NCBI GenBank assembly: GCA_963796685.1 | Contig: CAWCMR010000025.1 | Coordinates: 544,001-608,000 of the forward strand | DNA length: 64,000 nucleotides | Reading direction: 5' to 3' | Source of the DNA: an uncultured delta proteobacterium | GTDB lineage: Bacteria; Myxococcota_A; Polyangia; Fen-1088 | Shown: positions 9,468 through 19,053 of the stretch, piece after piece | Numbering within the stretch: position 1 is the first letter of the stretch | How the letters are laid out: each line of letters starts with the position of its first letter | Translations under genes and position numbers: made by a program | The notes under the pieces: model-generated | Seen by the model: the letters and a program-made list of their open reading frames with translations, nothing else | Told to the model about the DNA's origin: nothing | The model's database searches: none

Positions 9468-11885
9468 ATGACACGGCAGACAGTAGTCTCTCTGGCTCTT
9501 GGCCTCATGTGCGGCTCGATGGCCTGCAGTGGGAGCACACCCTCCGGTGTGGGTGCAGGTGGTGCCGATGGTGGTGGAACGCACGCCAGCGGGGGCACAG
9601 CGACAGGCGGGAATGCTGCGGGAGGCTCGGCGATCTTGTCGTCGGGTGGCCAAACATCCGGTTCGGGCGGGACCGGCCAAGGACAAGGCGGCGACCAAGG
9701 AGGCAGGGGGGGCACCGCGAGCGGCGGCAGTAGCGATGCGGGTGGCTCCACGACCTCGTCGTCCGGTGGACAAACATCCGGTTCTGGCGGAACCAGTCAA
9801 GGACAAGGCGGTGGGCAAGGAGGCAGGGGGGGCAGCGCCAGCGGTGGCATCGCTGCATCTGGCGGCCGCAGCGCCTCGGGTGGGGCCAGCGGTGCTGCCG
9901 CTGGCGGTACCACCGGCGGTGCTGCTGGCGGAGCTGGGGGGTTGACTGGGACAGGGGGCATACAGGGCTCGGGCGGAACCATCGCGGGCACCGACATCTG
10001 GAACCTGCCGAAGTTCCCCGTGGCCACTGGCCCCTATACCGCCGACTGGAAGGCGCTGGGTCTGGCCTATTCCACGCCCGAGTGGTGGCGTGACGCCAAG
10101 CTCGGCGCCTGGGCACACTGGGACCCACAATCCATGCCCGAGCAAGGCGACTGGTACGCCTACCACATGTATCAAGAGGGCTCCGCGGACTTCAACTACA
10201 ACGTCAGTCACTTCGGTGATCCGTCCGTGTATGGCTACAAGGATATCTGCAAGAACTGGGTCATCGACCTATGGGATCCCAACGCCTTGATGGATTTGTA
10301 TGTGCAAATGGGTGCCAAGTTCTTCATGGCCATGGGCGCACACCATGACAACTTCGACAACTTCGATTCGACCTACCAGCCCTGGAACTCGGTCCGAGTC
10401 GGCGTGCAGAAGGACATGGTCGGCACGTGGGCACCGATCGCGCGGCAAAAGGGGCTACGTTTCGGTATTGGCTTTCACAACACGCCGGCTCGAACCTGGG
10501 GGCAGTGGATGCCGATTCGCTACACCAGCGACGCGAAGGGCCCCTACGATGCGCTGCTAACCACCGCGGACGGCAAAGGCAAATGGTGGGAAGGTATGAA
10601 TCCCGCGGATCTCTACGGGCCCAAGCACAGCACCGACTGCTCGAACAATGCGTGCAACAATTCGGCCTATGGCACCCAGTTCATGTATCGAGTCGACGAC
10701 GCCATCAACAAGTATCATCCCGACGTCGTCTACTTCGACGACCACGCCGGCGATTCCCAGGTGGACCTGGGCGTCCACATGGGACTGGGTTCCATCGCGA
10801 CGACGATCCTGGCGAATTACTACAACAAGTCCCTGACCTGGAATCAGGGCAAGATGGACGTCGTCATGAACATGAAGGGCGTGGGCGGCCAATACGACAG
10901 CTTCCAGAACAGCGCGTCCCTGGAACCCTATGCCGAGCGCGCCCTGGTCAGGAGCACCGAAGCGGCGACCGAAGCACAGATCAGTGCCTATCCTTTCCAG
11001 ACCGAGCTCCACATCCAGGGGGGCAACTGGCACTACATGACCGGAGCGGGATACACGAGTGCATCGTCTCTGGTCACGACTCTCATGCAGAACGTCTCGC
11101 GAAACGGAAGCTTGCTGCTCAACCTCACCCAACACGGCCGGGGGAATCTCGATGCCCAGTGTACGAAGAACGCCCAAGACATCGGCGCCTGGCTCAAGGT
11201 CAACGGCGAGGCCGTGTACGCGTCCCGACCATTCGAAGTGTGGGGCGATAGCACGGTCATCTACACGCGCGCCAATGGCAACGTCTATGCGACGCTTCTC
11301 GGTTGGAACGGTGGCGCGGTCACCCTGTCGGCGCTCAAGTCGGGCGGGGCAACCCTGGGAACCGTATCCAAAGTCGAGCTACTCGGCTCCACGGTGGCGA
11401 TGACATTCTCGCAAAGCGGTCAGGGACTGACGGTGACGCCCGCGGGATCGGTGGCGGCGCTCCCGGGGATCTCCGATTCGCAGCTTGCTTCGAAGATGCG
11501 CGTGCTTCGCATCACCCACGACAAGGGCTGGATCAACGACGACGATCCGGGCTGCGCGTTTCCCGGATGGCTTCGCAAGTCGAACCTCGGCACCGGCGAC
11601 TACAACGACGATCTGACCACCAGCACGACCACCGGGGACACGTGGACCGCCTCATTCACCGGGACGGACGTCGCCATCTACGCTCCGAAGGAATCCGGAG
11701 ATGGAAAGATCGAGATCCAGATTGACGGCCAGACCAGCGCGACGGTGGATTTTTCCACCACGGGCGCCCGCCAGCCCCAGCAACGCGTGTCCGAAGTGGG
11801 CAGCCTGGCCGACGGACAGCACACCATCAGCATCATCAATCGCGGCCCTGGCCCTGTCGCAGTGGATGCCATCGTCGTCAACTAA
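9468..11885 (+). CDS. alpha-L-fucosidase (GH29) lipoprotein with Gly-rich linker
   Basis: AAGGAG RBS; SMAC lipobox; PEWWRDAKLGAWAHW, HHDNF, PDVVYFD, VSRNGSLLLN, WLKVNGEAVY; C-terminal beta-sandwich. Confidence 0.85.
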   Translation: MTRQTVVSLALGLMCGSMACSGSTPSGVGAGGADGGGTHASGGTATGGNAAGGSAILSSGGQTSGSGGTGQGQGGDQGGRGGTASGGSSDAGGSTTSSSGGQTSGSGGTSQGQGGGQGGRGGSASGGIAASGGRSASGGASGAAAGGTTGGAAGGAGGLTGTGGIQGSGGTIAGTDIWNLPKFPVATGPYTADWKALGLAYSTPEWWRDAKLGAWAHWDPQSMPEQGDWYAYHMYQEGSADFNYNVSHFGDPSVYGYKDICKNWVIDLWDPNALMDLYVQMGAKFFMAMGAHHDNFDNFDSTYQPWNSVRVGVQKDMVGTWAPIARQKGLRFGIGFHNTPARTWGQWMPIRYTSDAKGPYDALLTTADGKGKWWEGMNPADLYGPKHSTDCSNNACNNSAYGTQFMYRVDDAINKYHPDVVYFDDHAGDSQVDLGVHMGLGSIATTILANYYNKSLTWNQGKMDVVMNMKGVGGQYDSFQNSASLEPYAERALVRSTEAATEAQISAYPFQTELHIQGGNWHYMTGAGYTSASSLVTTLMQNVSRNGSLLLNLTQHGRGNLDAQCTKNAQDIGAWLKVNGEAVYASRPFEVWGDSTVIYTRANGNVYATLLGWNGGAVTLSALKSGGATLGTVSKVELLGSTVAMTFSQSGQGLTVTPAGSVAALPGISDSQLASKMRVLRITHDKGWINDDDPGCAFPGWLRKSNLGTGDYNDDLTTSTTTGDTWTASFTGTDVAIYAPKESGDGKIEIQIDGQTSATVDFSTTGARQPQQRVSEVGSLADGQHTISIINRGPGPVAVDAIVVN
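9640..9845 (+). repeat. imperfect direct repeat, 120-bp period, in the GH29 linker
   Basis: SSGGQTSGSGGT(G/S)QGQGG(D/G)QGGRGG encoded twice. Confidence 0.7.
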
Positions 11886-11931
11886 GCCGGCGTTGGAAGC
11901 TCAACGTGGCGGGCTCTTGTGGGCGGCCTCC

Positions 11932-12035
11932 CTAGCGGCACGCGCTCAGCAGCACGCCAACCGAGTTGCCGCTCGTTGTGACGATGTCCAGCCTGCCGTC
12001 GCCATTCAAGTCGCCGAGCGCCAGCGATCTGCCCT
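11932..12035 (-). pseudogene. FG-GAP/VCBS repeat protein, C-terminal remnant
   Basis: Manual translation GRSLALGDLNGDGRLDIVTTSGNSVGVLLSACR*; no upstream gene body. Confidence 0.6.
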
Positions 12036-12160
12036 GGTTTCGGGCTCATCGTTGTGGTTCCTGAGCTGGCGTCCGAACCTGCTTAGCCACCCGCGACGCT
12101 TCATGGTACTCTGACGCAAGCTCGCAAAGCCCGTTCTGAGCGCGCTGGTGGAGGTTCTCG

Positions 12161-14140
12161 ATGCGTTCGTCGACTCGCCTTGTAGTTGTCCTTGTTTCGC
12201 TGGCCCTTGTCGCCTGCAGCTCGAACAGCAAGACCTCTGACGGCGGGACTTCAGGCGGTGGAAACGGAGGTACCCAGGTGCCCGGCACCGGTACTGGTGG
12301 CGGGACGGCTTCCGGGGGCGCGATTGGCTCCGGCGGACAAATCATGAGCGCGGACGCGGGGAGTGAATCCGGTACGGCCGACGTCCCGGGAATCGGCAAG
12401 GATGGACCCGGCGGCAGCGACGGTGGTCGCGACTCCGCAAGCGATGGTCCGGCCAACGACGGCGGAGCCAACGACGCCGCCATGGACGGTGGCGGCGTGA
12501 CCCTGGGGCCACGCTGCACGAGCTGCACGCCGCGATGCTGGGACAGCACTCTGGTTCGAGAGGCGCCGCAAGAAACTTGCACGGACCCGTCGCCGCTCGC
12601 GGGCATCGCCTCGCATGTCGATCTGGTCCTGACGATGCCGGACTCGACCAAGCGATACTTGGTCGATTCTCCGTTCGATTCCGGCAGCCAGTTCGATTGG
12701 ACCTGGTCCTTTGACAGCGCCAAGGGGCGGACCTTCAGCCAGGGCCTTCATTGCGGCAAGGTGGAAATGTCGCGCGTCCCTACCGGGGACGACACCGCTT
12801 CCCCGACATCGCAGGCGCGGCTCACGGTGACCATCGATGGCACCGCCTATTCGTCGGCGAACGGGACAGCGTCGGTCAGCCTGCACATGAAGGAACCCCT
12901 GGGTGCGACCATCAACGATCCCGCTACCGGACCGCTCTTCGATATCGAAGCGTCCGGAACCCTGGCCGCGACCACCGGAGCCAGCATCGGCCTCCAGGGT
13001 CGCATGCGCAACATGCACGCAGGTGTGGGCGAGATGGGTCTTGCCCGCCGGGAAGGCTCCATTGCAGGGCAGGGCTCGTTGGCCCCGGGCGCGGCGATCA
13101 GCGGGGGGACCCTGGTTCTGGCGTCCGTCCTGGTGAACAGCTCGCCAGCCGCGCTGCTGCTCGACAGTGCGCTGGGTGCCGACAAGACCATTCCATTGCC
13201 CGAGGTGATGGGGCTTGTCGCCTTTGCCGATGGCACGTTGTTGGCGGGTGGAGTCGACAGCGTCCACATCGCCGCCTATGACGCCTCCGGAACGCAGAAA
13301 TGGACCACGCCGCCCATCGTTCGAACGAGCCTCACGCGCGCGGGCCTGCTGGCCCGCAAGGACGGCTCTGCCTGCTTCTCGGCCGCGGGACCAACCTCGG
13401 CCAGCACGACCTATCCATCGTTGCTGGTCTGCACCGACGACGCCGGGGTGCCCCAGTGGCAGAGCTGCTATCTATCCCGTGGTTTCGCCAGAAGGTCCCA
13501 CCGAGCTGTCCGACGGAACCTTGGTGGTCGCGGATGGGCGCTCGCCCGAAGTTCTCGGCGTAGCACCGGATGGCAAGCAGCGTTTCGAGTCGCGGCCTGT
13601 ACGACGGATCCGACCAATCGGGATCCTCCCTACTACAAGGCGGTCGGTGTGGCCCGGAACGCCGACGGAGGCGGCGTCGTTCAGGTGGGCGACGATGTCA
13701 TCGCGTTCTCGGCCGACGGCGAGCTTCGTTGGCGGTCGCTCGTCCCGAGAGGAAACGGCGAAGCCCTGGTGGCGGCGGACGGAACCATCTACGCCATGAC
13801 CGGTTCACCCGCCACCGTGGTGGCCATGGACGACCAGGGACGTGTGCTGTGGACACGCCTTGTCGGACACGATGGCCAACTGGTTGGCCTTGCCGCCGAT
13901 GGATCCCTCTATGTGTTCAGCTCGGGCTGGAGCGCGAGCAACGCCCTATCGGCCATCCGAGGTGACGGTAGCATCAAGTGGTCCGTGCAGACCGAGGCGC
14001 CATCGTGGATCCTGTCTCCCGATGGCGATCTCTACGGTTGGACCGCGAATTCTGTCGATCGCGTGGGGGGTGGCTCGCCGATGGCCGACTCGCCCTGGCC
14101 TGCACCGCGCGGTAGCGGCCGCCGAGCTGGCACGCGCTAG
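12161..14140 (+). CDS. lipoprotein with PQQ-like beta-propeller C-terminus; compensating frameshifts near 13460-13600
   Basis: LVAC lipobox; DGELRW, ADGTIYA, QGRVLW, DGSIKW repeats. The middle segment reads properly in the alternative frame (LSDGTLVVADG...DGKQRF). Confidence 0.65.
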   Translation: MRSSTRLVVVLVSLALVACSSNSKTSDGGTSGGGNGGTQVPGTGTGGGTASGGAIGSGGQIMSADAGSESGTADVPGIGKDGPGGSDGGRDSASDGPANDGGANDAAMDGGGVTLGPRCTSCTPRCWDSTLVREAPQETCTDPSPLAGIASHVDLVLTMPDSTKRYLVDSPFDSGSQFDWTWSFDSAKGRTFSQGLHCGKVEMSRVPTGDDTASPTSQARLTVTIDGTAYSSANGTASVSLHMKEPLGATINDPATGPLFDIEASGTLAATTGASIGLQGRMRNMHAGVGEMGLARREGSIAGQGSLAPGAAISGGTLVLASVLVNSSPAALLLDSALGADKTIPLPEVMGLVAFADGTLLAGGVDSVHIAAYDASGTQKWTTPPIVRTSLTRAGLLARKDGSACFSAAGPTSASTTYPSLLVCTDDAGVPQWQSCYLSRGFARRSHRAVRRNLGGRGWALARSSRRSTGWQAAFRVAACTTDPTNRDPPYYKAVGVARNADGGGVVQVGDDVIAFSADGELRWRSLVPRGNGEALVAADGTIYAMTGSPATVVAMDDQGRVLWTRLVGHDGQLVGLAADGSLYVFSSGWSASNALSAIRGDGSIKWSVQTEAPSWILSPDGDLYGWTANSVDRVGGGSPMADSPWPAPRGSGRRAGTR

Positions 14141-14227
14141 ACTAGCGGCAGACGTAGCGGCGGCTGAACGCCCCCGTCCGCTCCCGGCGACGCGCAGTGC
14201 TTGTCTTTGCGCCGCATTGGGACGATC

Positions 14228-17110
14228 ATGGACCTGTCCGTGGAGCATCAAGTGTCGACAACGATTCGATTTCATCGGCCGAGCAGCAACCTGCGCGCTC
14301 GTTCCGGCTTTACCGTGGCAGTTGCAGCGCTCGCGCTCGCGGCCTGCATCGGCGTTCCCGATCAGGACTCTCGCTACCCCGCGCCGAAGTATCCGCACCC
14401 TCCGGTGGCGGCCACTCGGTCAACCCGGCCTCGGTACCCGACCATCTCCGTCGCCACCTTGCCGAGCGGGCTGATGGTCGTGCTCGAGCAGGATTTCTAC
14501 GCGAAGACGGTCGGCGTGGTCAGTGTGGTGCGAGGAGGGGCCTCGGCCGATCCGGCCGGGGCCGAAGGGCTGGCTCATCTCGTGGAACACCTGACTTTTC
14601 GAGCCATCGATGCGACGCCCGAAGTGCCGCCGCCCCTGGCCGGCCCTGGAAAGAGCGGTGCACGTGCGCCACGCCGCGAGCGACTGATTCATCACGCTGC
14701 CACCTTGGTGAACGGGCTCACCTCGGCGGACGCGCTCACGTTCTACGAGTTCGCACCGCCCAGCCAGTTGCCTTGGCTGATCGATCTGGAGGCCGCGCGG
14801 CTCAGCGACCCTCTGGCTGGTATCGACGCCTCGCTGGTCGCGCTCGAGCGTCGCTCCATCGCCAGCGAGCACGAGCTTCGCGACGATCCCCGCTCGGGCC
14901 AGTGGGCCAGCCGCCGCATCTTCCCCACGCTGTTCCCCTCTGGCCACCCCTACGCCAGGGCGGTCGATGGCACCAGCAAGAGTCGCAGCCGCCTCAGCTT
15001 GGCCGAGGCGCGGACCTACGCCGCGGAGAGCTTCCGTCCCGAGCGCATGACCCTGCTCGTGTCCGCGCCGAGTGGAATGACCACGCTCGGCGCGATCGTC
15101 GAGCGATTGCCGAAGGCGTTGGTCGGTGACCGAAGTCATCCCGTCGCGCGCACACCGGCCGCCGAGGGAGCCGAGGCCGAGCCGGTGGTCTCGCGGTCGG
15201 TGCAAAAGCTGTCGTCGCCTTTGCCCGTACCGCAGCTCTGGATCGGCTGGACCCTGCCCGGACTGTGGGGGCTTCAGGGCGCGAGCGAAGCCCTGCTGGC
15301 CCGCTGGGTACAGCAGGATCTGGACCTGGACTACCTGCGACAGGAGGATCCGCACATTCGTCAGGTCCGCGCCTCGCTGGTCCCGGGCGTCAAGGCCACC
15401 GCGCTGATGGTGCGTGTGCTGGTCAGCGAAGGCGCGGATCCCGAGCGCATCACGCAAATCGTCGCCGGCCGCGTGGAGAGCCTGTGGACGCGCGAGCCGA
15501 GACAGCATCCCCTGCTGGAGCGGCTCAAGTCGTTGTTCGACGCCGAATTGATTCTCGATGAGCCGCCGCAGCTCGACCGCGCCGTCGCGCAGGCCGAGCT
15601 GATTGCATTCGGCGCGCGGCCGATCCCGTTTGCCGAGCAGATGGCCAAGATCCACGCCATCGCGCCCGCCGACCTGGCCAAGCTCGCGTACAAGCACCTC
15701 ACGCAAAGCCATCACCACGCGGTCTTCTACACACCCGGCGACGTCGCGTCCGACACTGCCCGACCGACCGGCCGAAGCTCGAACGGGGGCGCGGGGCGAA
15801 GCGACAGCCTGTTCGCAGACGCCGCGGGCTGGGACGACATGGAGCTGCCCGACGCTCCGGCGCCGGTGAGCAACGTGGTGGTCAAACAGCTGTCCACCGG
15901 GCTCACCGTCATCGTGGCCAAGCGGGCATCACCGTCCGTGACGGCATGGCTCGCCTTCCGGGGCGGCTACGCCGACTCCGACCCACCTCTTCTGCTCGAG
16001 GTCGCGCTACGCACCCGGCCCGATGCCAACGACGCCGCAAAGCATGGCGTCTTGACCGACCGTGGGGCCACCCGCGACGCCTCCATCGAGATCCTCGAGT
16101 TCCGGCCGAGCGACATGGCGCCTGCCCTGGACCTGCTTTTCAAGAAGGCGACCGCGCCGTTGCAGAAATGGCCGACCCACGACGAGCTCGATCGCATGCT
16201 CGCCTACGTGAACGCCGACAGCGACCTTGCCTCCGAGCAAGCGGCGCAGGCCTTTTACCGCGCGCTGTTTGGCGACCACCCGCTGTCCCGTTTGGTGAAG
16301 AAGGACGACCTCGCGCGAATCACGCGTTCGGATGTCGACTCGTGGGTGGGCCGAGTCCACAACCTGCGCAACGCCGCCCTGGTGGTGGTGGGCGATGTCA
16401 GGCCTGAAGACGTCATCAAAGTCGCGACCGAGCTCTCGGTCAAGCAGGGCGCACCGTCGTGGGTCGAGCCGATTCCCAGCATGGCGCCGCTCGCGCTGAA
16501 ACCGGCCGGAGTCGAGCACGTGGCTGCGGTGGTCACGCCACGGCCGGGCGCGCTGACCGATATTCGTCTCGGCTGTGCGCTGCCGCCGATGAGCCCCCAG
16601 GACCGGACAACGTACGAGCTGCTGAGGCTCGCCATCCAGGAGCGCCTGAGCACGGCCATGCGTTTCGAGCGCGGAGAGGGCTATGGGGTCAACGTGGGCC
16701 TCGAAACCCTGCGCGGCGGAATCGCCTTCCTGAGCCTCTCGACCTACGTGAACGCGAATGAGCTTGCCGACGCGCTGGCGACCTTGCACACGCATTGGCA
16801 GCGCTGGGGCCAAGGCGGCTTCGATGCCGGCGAGGTGAAGGTCGCCCGCTGGCTCTTCGCCGGACAGCGCGCGCTCATGCCTTCTATGGGTAACGCCATC
16901 GCGTACCGGCTGTTCAGCGACTGGAACCAGGACGCAGCCGGTTTGCTTTCGGGTGCTGCGAACGCCTTCAGCGGGGACGTGACCACGGTCGACGCCAACC
17001 GACTGAACCAGCTCTTCGCCTCGTGCAAGGCCAACGCCGTCCTCGGCCTCACCGGCCACGAGGCGACCATCCGGCAGGCGCTGCGGCGGTCGTGGCCTCA
17101 GTCGAATTGA
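14228..17110 (+). CDS. M16 (insulinase-family) zinc peptidase, lipoprotein
   Basis: LPSGLMV, GLAHLVEHL (HxxEH), second half LSTGLTV; LAAC lipobox. Confidence 0.85.
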   Translation: MDLSVEHQVSTTIRFHRPSSNLRARSGFTVAVAALALAACIGVPDQDSRYPAPKYPHPPVAATRSTRPRYPTISVATLPSGLMVVLEQDFYAKTVGVVSVVRGGASADPAGAEGLAHLVEHLTFRAIDATPEVPPPLAGPGKSGARAPRRERLIHHAATLVNGLTSADALTFYEFAPPSQLPWLIDLEAARLSDPLAGIDASLVALERRSIASEHELRDDPRSGQWASRRIFPTLFPSGHPYARAVDGTSKSRSRLSLAEARTYAAESFRPERMTLLVSAPSGMTTLGAIVERLPKALVGDRSHPVARTPAAEGAEAEPVVSRSVQKLSSPLPVPQLWIGWTLPGLWGLQGASEALLARWVQQDLDLDYLRQEDPHIRQVRASLVPGVKATALMVRVLVSEGADPERITQIVAGRVESLWTREPRQHPLLERLKSLFDAELILDEPPQLDRAVAQAELIAFGARPIPFAEQMAKIHAIAPADLAKLAYKHLTQSHHHAVFYTPGDVASDTARPTGRSSNGGAGRSDSLFADAAGWDDMELPDAPAPVSNVVVKQLSTGLTVIVAKRASPSVTAWLAFRGGYADSDPPLLLEVALRTRPDANDAAKHGVLTDRGATRDASIEILEFRPSDMAPALDLLFKKATAPLQKWPTHDELDRMLAYVNADSDLASEQAAQAFYRALFGDHPLSRLVKKDDLARITRSDVDSWVGRVHNLRNAALVVVGDVRPEDVIKVATELSVKQGAPSWVEPIPSMAPLALKPAGVEHVAAVVTPRPGALTDIRLGCALPPMSPQDRTTYELLRLAIQERLSTAMRFERGEGYGVNVGLETLRGGIAFLSLSTYVNANELADALATLHTHWQRWGQGGFDAGEVKVARWLFAGQRALMPSMGNAIAYRLFSDWNQDAAGLLSGAANAFSGDVTTVDANRLNQLFASCKANAVLGLTGHEATIRQALRRSWPQSN

Positions 17111-17194
17111 GACCTACTTCCACGGCGGCGCCTTGCTGGGAAAGTCGATGATGATGTCCCTGGCGCTGCCGGGAAACACGCCTACCGCCCCCAG

Positions 17195-17464
17195 TCAGGT
17201 CTCGTAGACTTCCTTGCGGTGGCCAATCTTGACGATGAGCACTACGTCTGGTGGCTCGATCGTGTAGACCACGCGCCAATCCTCCACGCGCAGCCGGCGT
17301 GCACCCTTGAGGCTGTACCGCAGGGGCTTGCCAAACTCGACGGGATGAGAGGCGAGCTTCTGTTCAATGGCCTTGCGGATTCGGTTACGAACATCCTTCG
17401 ATAGCCCTGGGATGTCTTCTCGAACGACACTTTCCAAATATTCGATTCGATAGCTCAAGCCCAA
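17195..17464 (-). CDS. RelE/ParE family toxin
   Basis: GKPLRYSLKGARRLRVEDWRVVY...IGHRKEVY. Confidence 0.85.
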   Translation of the reverse strand: MGLSYRIEYLESVVREDIPGLSKDVRNRIRKAIEQKLASHPVEFGKPLRYSLKGARRLRVEDWRVVYTIEPPDVVLIVKIGHRKEVYET

Positions 17465-17676
17465 ACCTTCCCATGAGGGATCCGCTTCTGTTTCTTGCCC
17501 AGCCGCTCATCGGCAACGTGCGAAAAATACAGATCCTCTTGATACTCCAGCGCCTGCTCGATCAGGCTGAGCCCCACACCCGAGACCGACTGGGATCTCT
17601 CGCTCGATAGCCGCTGCATGGCTTCGTAGATTTTGTCGTCGACTGTAATGTTGATCCGCTTCTTGGCTGTTGGCAT
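17455..17676 (-). CDS. ribbon-helix-helix antitoxin
   Basis: MPTAKKRINITVD; overlaps the toxin start. Confidence 0.8.
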   Translation of the reverse strand: MPTAKKRINITVDDKIYEAMQRLSSERSQSVSGVGLSLIEQALEYQEDLYFSHVADERLGKKQKRIPHGKVWA

Positions 17677-17696
17677 CTCTTCTGTCTCCAGCGCAA

Positions 17697-17717
17697 GTGT
17701 AACACCGGTGCCACACC
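17697..17717. promoter_or_regulatory. possible TA operator (GTGTAACAC and GGTGCCACACC)
   Basis: Two near-palindromes just upstream of the antitoxin start. Confidence 0.35.
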
Positions 17718-17808
17718 GGAACCAGGTATGGTGTCAGGCACCTCCCTAGCGCACCGAACGGGTTGAATGCTGTGCAGAATCGAGAGCTTGCGAGGTACTC
17801 GGAAGATT

Positions 17809-17910
17809 CACCTCGCCCCGCGAAGCGGGGAGAGGTCGACGCGCGAAGCGCGTCGGGTGAGGGGTTCGGCCATGCGAGAGAGTGCGCTGGCCCCTCACCC
17901 TAGCCCTCTC
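17809..17910. repeat. REP-like palindromic element
   Basis: Hairpins CCCCGCGAAGCGGGG and GACGCGCGAAGCGCGTC, with GGGTGAGGGG...CCCCTCACCCTAGCCCTCTC arms. Confidence 0.65.
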
Positions 17911-18044
17911 TTGGCCGGCCTTGCGGTTCACCAGATCTCGGAGATTCGAGAGATCGTCTGGTGTCGGCTTCCACGCATTCAGGTGATGGAGGCGACGTTT
18001 CGTTTTGAGTGAAGCCATCAGCTCACCTCGCCCCGGCCCCGGCG

Positions 18045-18245
18045 CGGTTTCATGGCAACCGCCACCCCGAGGAGATCGGAGGCGGCGAGGTCGGTGCCTC
18101 CCTCTGCCACCTTGCCATCGAGAAGAGGGTCAGCTCGTCGACGCAGAACCACTGCTGGAAGACGGCTACGACATCCGAGCGGCCCGCCCGACCGGCCATA
18201 GCGAGGGAAGAAATGGGTGACCCTTTGGAGGGGCTCAAGCTGTGA
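18045..18245 (+). pseudogene. intI: integron integrase remnant, internally deleted
   Basis: N-terminal signature RFHGNRHPEEIGGGEVGASLCHLAIEKRVSSSTQN joined directly (shifted frame, 18152) to the C-terminal box LLEDGYDIR...GHS. Confidence 0.7.
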
Positions 18246-18249
18246 GGCC

Positions 18250-18320
18250 GCCGAACAAGGCGTTGAACCCGACGTGCGGCCGCGGACGGCCGCTCGCAGC
18301 TTAACGGCAAACCGTTCGGC
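18250..18320 (+). mobile_element. attC-like integron recombination site (71 bp)
   Basis: GCCGAAC-AAGGC-GTTGAACCCGAC...GCTTAAC-GGCAAACC-GTTCGGC: complementary R''/R' and L''/L' boxes with a central GCGGCCG/CGGCCGC stem. Confidence 0.7.
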
Positions 18321-18455
18321 GTAACAAGGTGGGGAAGGCCGTGGGTCGTCTGGACAAGGGCACCATGGTGCGAGTCAACCGGGCCATTGGGCTTTGGTTT
18401 GGATTTGCGGCGTAGTGCTGGATATCGAGTGGACGCCTTCTGAGTTGCCCCAGCT

Positions 18456-18850
18456 CTAGCCGCCCGCTCCGGCACCCGCTCCGCCTCCAGGCCCCGCACC
18501 GGCACCAGCGCCCGCACCGCCTCCACGACCCGCGCCCGCACCGGCACCAGCACCTGCGCCCGCGCCCGCCCCTGCCCCAGCACCCGCACCGGCGCCACGC
18601 CCGCCACCCGGGCCTGCACCCGTTCCTCCTCCGGCACCTGGACCTGCCCCACCGCCGAACGTGAAGCCACCGTCTATGCCAGGAATGGCGAATACGAATC
18701 CGCCGTCCCCTCCTGGGAGCGTAAAGACAAATCCAGCATCCCCGCCGTTTGGAATTTGAATCGTTCGCGCATCAGGCGTAACCACGCCACTGTCGCCTAT
18801 CCCAACGGGGCCACGCCCTCCGGCATCAGGAGTCCCAACAGTGGGGTGAA
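18456..18850 (-). CDS. low-complexity Gly/Ala-rich protein or fragment; start unclear
   Basis: (F/I)xxPGxDGGF repeats followed by a (GA)n tract. Confidence 0.4.
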
Positions 18851-19053
18851 ACCTCCGACTGCGTCGGCGCCGCCCTAACACCGGTGCGCTGTCGGGCCCG
18901 GGCGAGGTCGAAATCTTCGACAGGTGGAAGCCGCGTCCTCGACGCCGGTGGGCGGGAGGAACCGGACAAACCCGAGCAGGACAGCGAAGCGGACGAGGAC
19001 CCGAATGCACTACCAGCCCTGAGCCCCGGCAAGACACCCCGCGGGTATGGAGC

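Noticed and set aside
17110-17760. RelE-type TA pair as an integron cassette (it lies 5' of and divergent from the intI remnant)
   Set aside because: No attC-like RYYYAAC...GTTRRRY structure is visible downstream of the toxin and no recognisable attI.
18871-18910. GCCCTAAC as the start of a second attC
   Set aside because: No complementary GTTAGGGC or L boxes at a suitable distance.
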